Shown in pieces: positions 62,693 through 64,000 of a stretch of DNA of 64,000 nucleotides. A model generated the notes under the pieces. The model was not told the origin of the DNA. It saw only the letters and a list, made by a program, of their open reading frames with translations, and made no database searches. How positions within the stretch are numbered: position 1 is the first letter of the stretch; each line of letters opens with the position of its first letter. Source of the DNA: a virus; the IMG/VR virus record IMGVR_UViG_3300042549_008472, positions 15,495 to 79,494 of that record; one strand, 5' to 3'. Position numbers and translations under genes: made by a program.

Positions 62693-62774
62693 TTTGTTTA
62701 ATTTTAAAGTTATTGTTTACTTGTTGCGTTTAGTCTTAAAATACGGCACTAAACAAAGCCGTCAAACGTTACCT
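62641..62774 (+). repeat. attC-like site
   Basis: TTATAAC, arm 62650-62666, arm 62745-62761 (14/17), GTTACCT. Confidence 0.85.
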
Positions 62775-62798
62775 GCAAGTGCTACATTCGTTCTTCGA

Positions 62799-63728
62799 TT
62801 AAACATTTTCGTTAGAAAAATTATTAAAAATTTCCTCCCCTTTTAAAAAAGAAAAAATATAAGCAATTACATCTACTGTCCAGCCATTTCCTAATACTTC
62901 ATATCGTTTAGAAGATGATACCATTTTTGTATAATCTTTTGGAACACTTTGTAGTTTCTCTACTTCGTTTTCTGTTAATCTTCTTATTTCTCCATTAGGC
63001 AAATATGTTTTGGTTAAATGCCTTGCAGCTCCGTGATGTGATGCAGATAAACAAGCCATTAATCCATCATATCTGTAAATATTATCCTGTTGGTGTTTAC
63101 CTGCCTTGTGTCTTATTATTTCATTCTCGCTCCATTTGTAATTTAAGTCAAGTTTTGACTTTTGCTTTTCGGTTAAATAATATTCACTACTTGCTTCTTC
63201 TAAAATATCATTCAAGCAATGATTAAATGTATTTGGAATATTTTCAATTTTTATATTAGTCCAAAATAATCTTGGTCTATTTTGCGGCACAAAAAACTTT
63301 GAGTTTATTTCAATAGGTTCTACTCCTATTGCTTCTGAAATTATATCTTGCCATTCTTTTTTCATTTTTACATTTTCTAATAAAAAATAAGTTGGTTTAG
63401 TTTCATTTAATATTCTTACATATTCCCAAAATAAACCACTTTTTCCATCAAAACCCTCTCCTCTACCAGCATTTGAAAAAGATTGACAAGGACTTCCCCC
63501 TATCAATAAATCTACTTGTGGTAAATCCGTGCCTTTTATTTTCGTAACACTTCCAAGTTGTTTAGTATTTGGGTAGTTTGCCATTGTTATTTTTATAGCA
63601 TCTTTGTCAATTTCAGAAGCAAAGTAATTCTCTACTTCAAGCCCTGCTCTTTCTAACGCTATTTGACCACAACTAATGCCATCAAACAATGATAATACGT
63701 TTATTTTTTCTTTTTTGCCTACACTCAT
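62799..63728 (-). CDS. C5-cytosine DNA methyltransferase (cassette-borne)
   Basis: LSLFDG, GGSPCQ, LLENV, QNRPRLFW, LGNGW. Confidence 0.92.
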   Translation of the reverse strand: MSVGKKEKINVLSLFDGISCGQIALERAGLEVENYFASEIDKDAIKITMANYPNTKQLGSVTKIKGTDLPQVDLLIGGSPCQSFSNAGRGEGFDGKSGLFWEYVRILNETKPTYFLLENVKMKKEWQDIISEAIGVEPIEINSKFFVPQNRPRLFWTNIKIENIPNTFNHCLNDILEEASSEYYLTEKQKSKLDLNYKWSENEIIRHKAGKHQQDNIYRYDGLMACLSASHHGAARHLTKTYLPNGEIRRLTENEVEKLQSVPKDYTKMVSSSKRYEVLGNGWTVDVIAYIFSFLKGEEIFNNFSNENV

Positions 63729-63788
63729 TTTTAATAATTTTTTTGTTTAGTATTTCGTTTAAGTTTCTCGTTAATTAACCGCACCAGC

Positions 63789-63881
63789 AGGTAACAAGGT
63801 ATTTGCAAAATTGCCCATCAACATTTGTGCTTAATTTCAAGTATCTGCAAGGGCAACTTCGCAAATACCCGACCGTTAGTG
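63789..63881 (+). repeat. attC-like site
   Basis: AGGTAAC, arm 63798-63816, arm 63851-63869 (17/19), GTTAGTG. Confidence 0.85.
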
Positions 63882-63887
63882 GCAATG

Positions 63888-64000
63888 CTACCCGAACACA
63901 CGAGCAACTGCCAAATCATAATATTTTACCTCTTTTTCAATTCCAATAAAAGAACGGTTCAACTCTTTTGCTCCTAAACAAGTTGTTCCTACTCCCATTG
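63888..64000 (-). CDS. C-terminus of a beta-class N6A/N4C DNA methyltransferase (partial, cassette-borne)
   Basis: Manual translation: ...MGVGTTCLGAKELNRSFIGIEKEVKYYDLAVARVFG-stop (SAM-binding motif). Confidence 0.8.
   Translation of the reverse strand, partial: MGVGTTCLGAKELNRSFIGIEKEVKYYDLAVARVFG

Larger units (their letters stand above)
62326..64000 (+). mobile_element. Integron-like cassette array adjacent to the integrase (at least 3 cassettes, runs off the window)
   Basis: GTTATAACAC/GTGTTATAAC and GTTACCTGC/GCAGGTAAC self-complementary ends; attC-like hairpins; third cassette starts GTTAGTG at 63875. Confidence 0.88.

Noticed and set aside
7-63226. Short antisense ORFs in the track (e.g. 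7-405, 1490-1840, 8730-9002, 57060-57290, 63005-63226)
   Set aside because: They are shadows of longer genes or RNA regions on the opposite strand, with no motifs

Overview
64 kb segment of a large, AT-rich tailed phage of a Bacteroidota (probably Flavobacteriaceae) host. The host assignment rests on about 15 copies of the Bacteroidota promoter TTG-N20-TAnnTTTG. 1-19.5 kb (+): giant virion/cargo-like proteins. 19.6-34.9 kb (+): family A DNA polymerase, HD hydrolase, dUTPase, DnaB-like helicase, a NAMPT-like plus PRPP-synthetase-like pair (NARP1-type NAD+ reconstitution) and a Rieske-motif protein. 35-64 kb (-): ligase, phosphoesterase, primase-like protein, class Ia RNR (beta subunit with a Gln-ending intein), three DNA methyltransferases, homing endonucleases, nucleases and an atypical tRNA/ncRNA cluster. 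Main discovery: a phage-borne integron-like cassette system. A tyrosine recombinase lacking the IntI-specific insertion (61479-62282) is followed by an attI-like GTT and single-gene cassettes. Each complete cassette has self-complementary GTT...AAC ends and is followed by an attC-like imperfect hairpin. A second, integrase-less array lies 13 kb away (48337-49320). All cassette genes are inverted relative to classical integrons, and two are DNA methyltransferases. Also notable: kissing-loop leaders on two unrelated homing endonuclease genes, a D-arm-less CAU tRNA-like RNA, and an in-frame 528-bp module bounded by 23-bp direct repeats.
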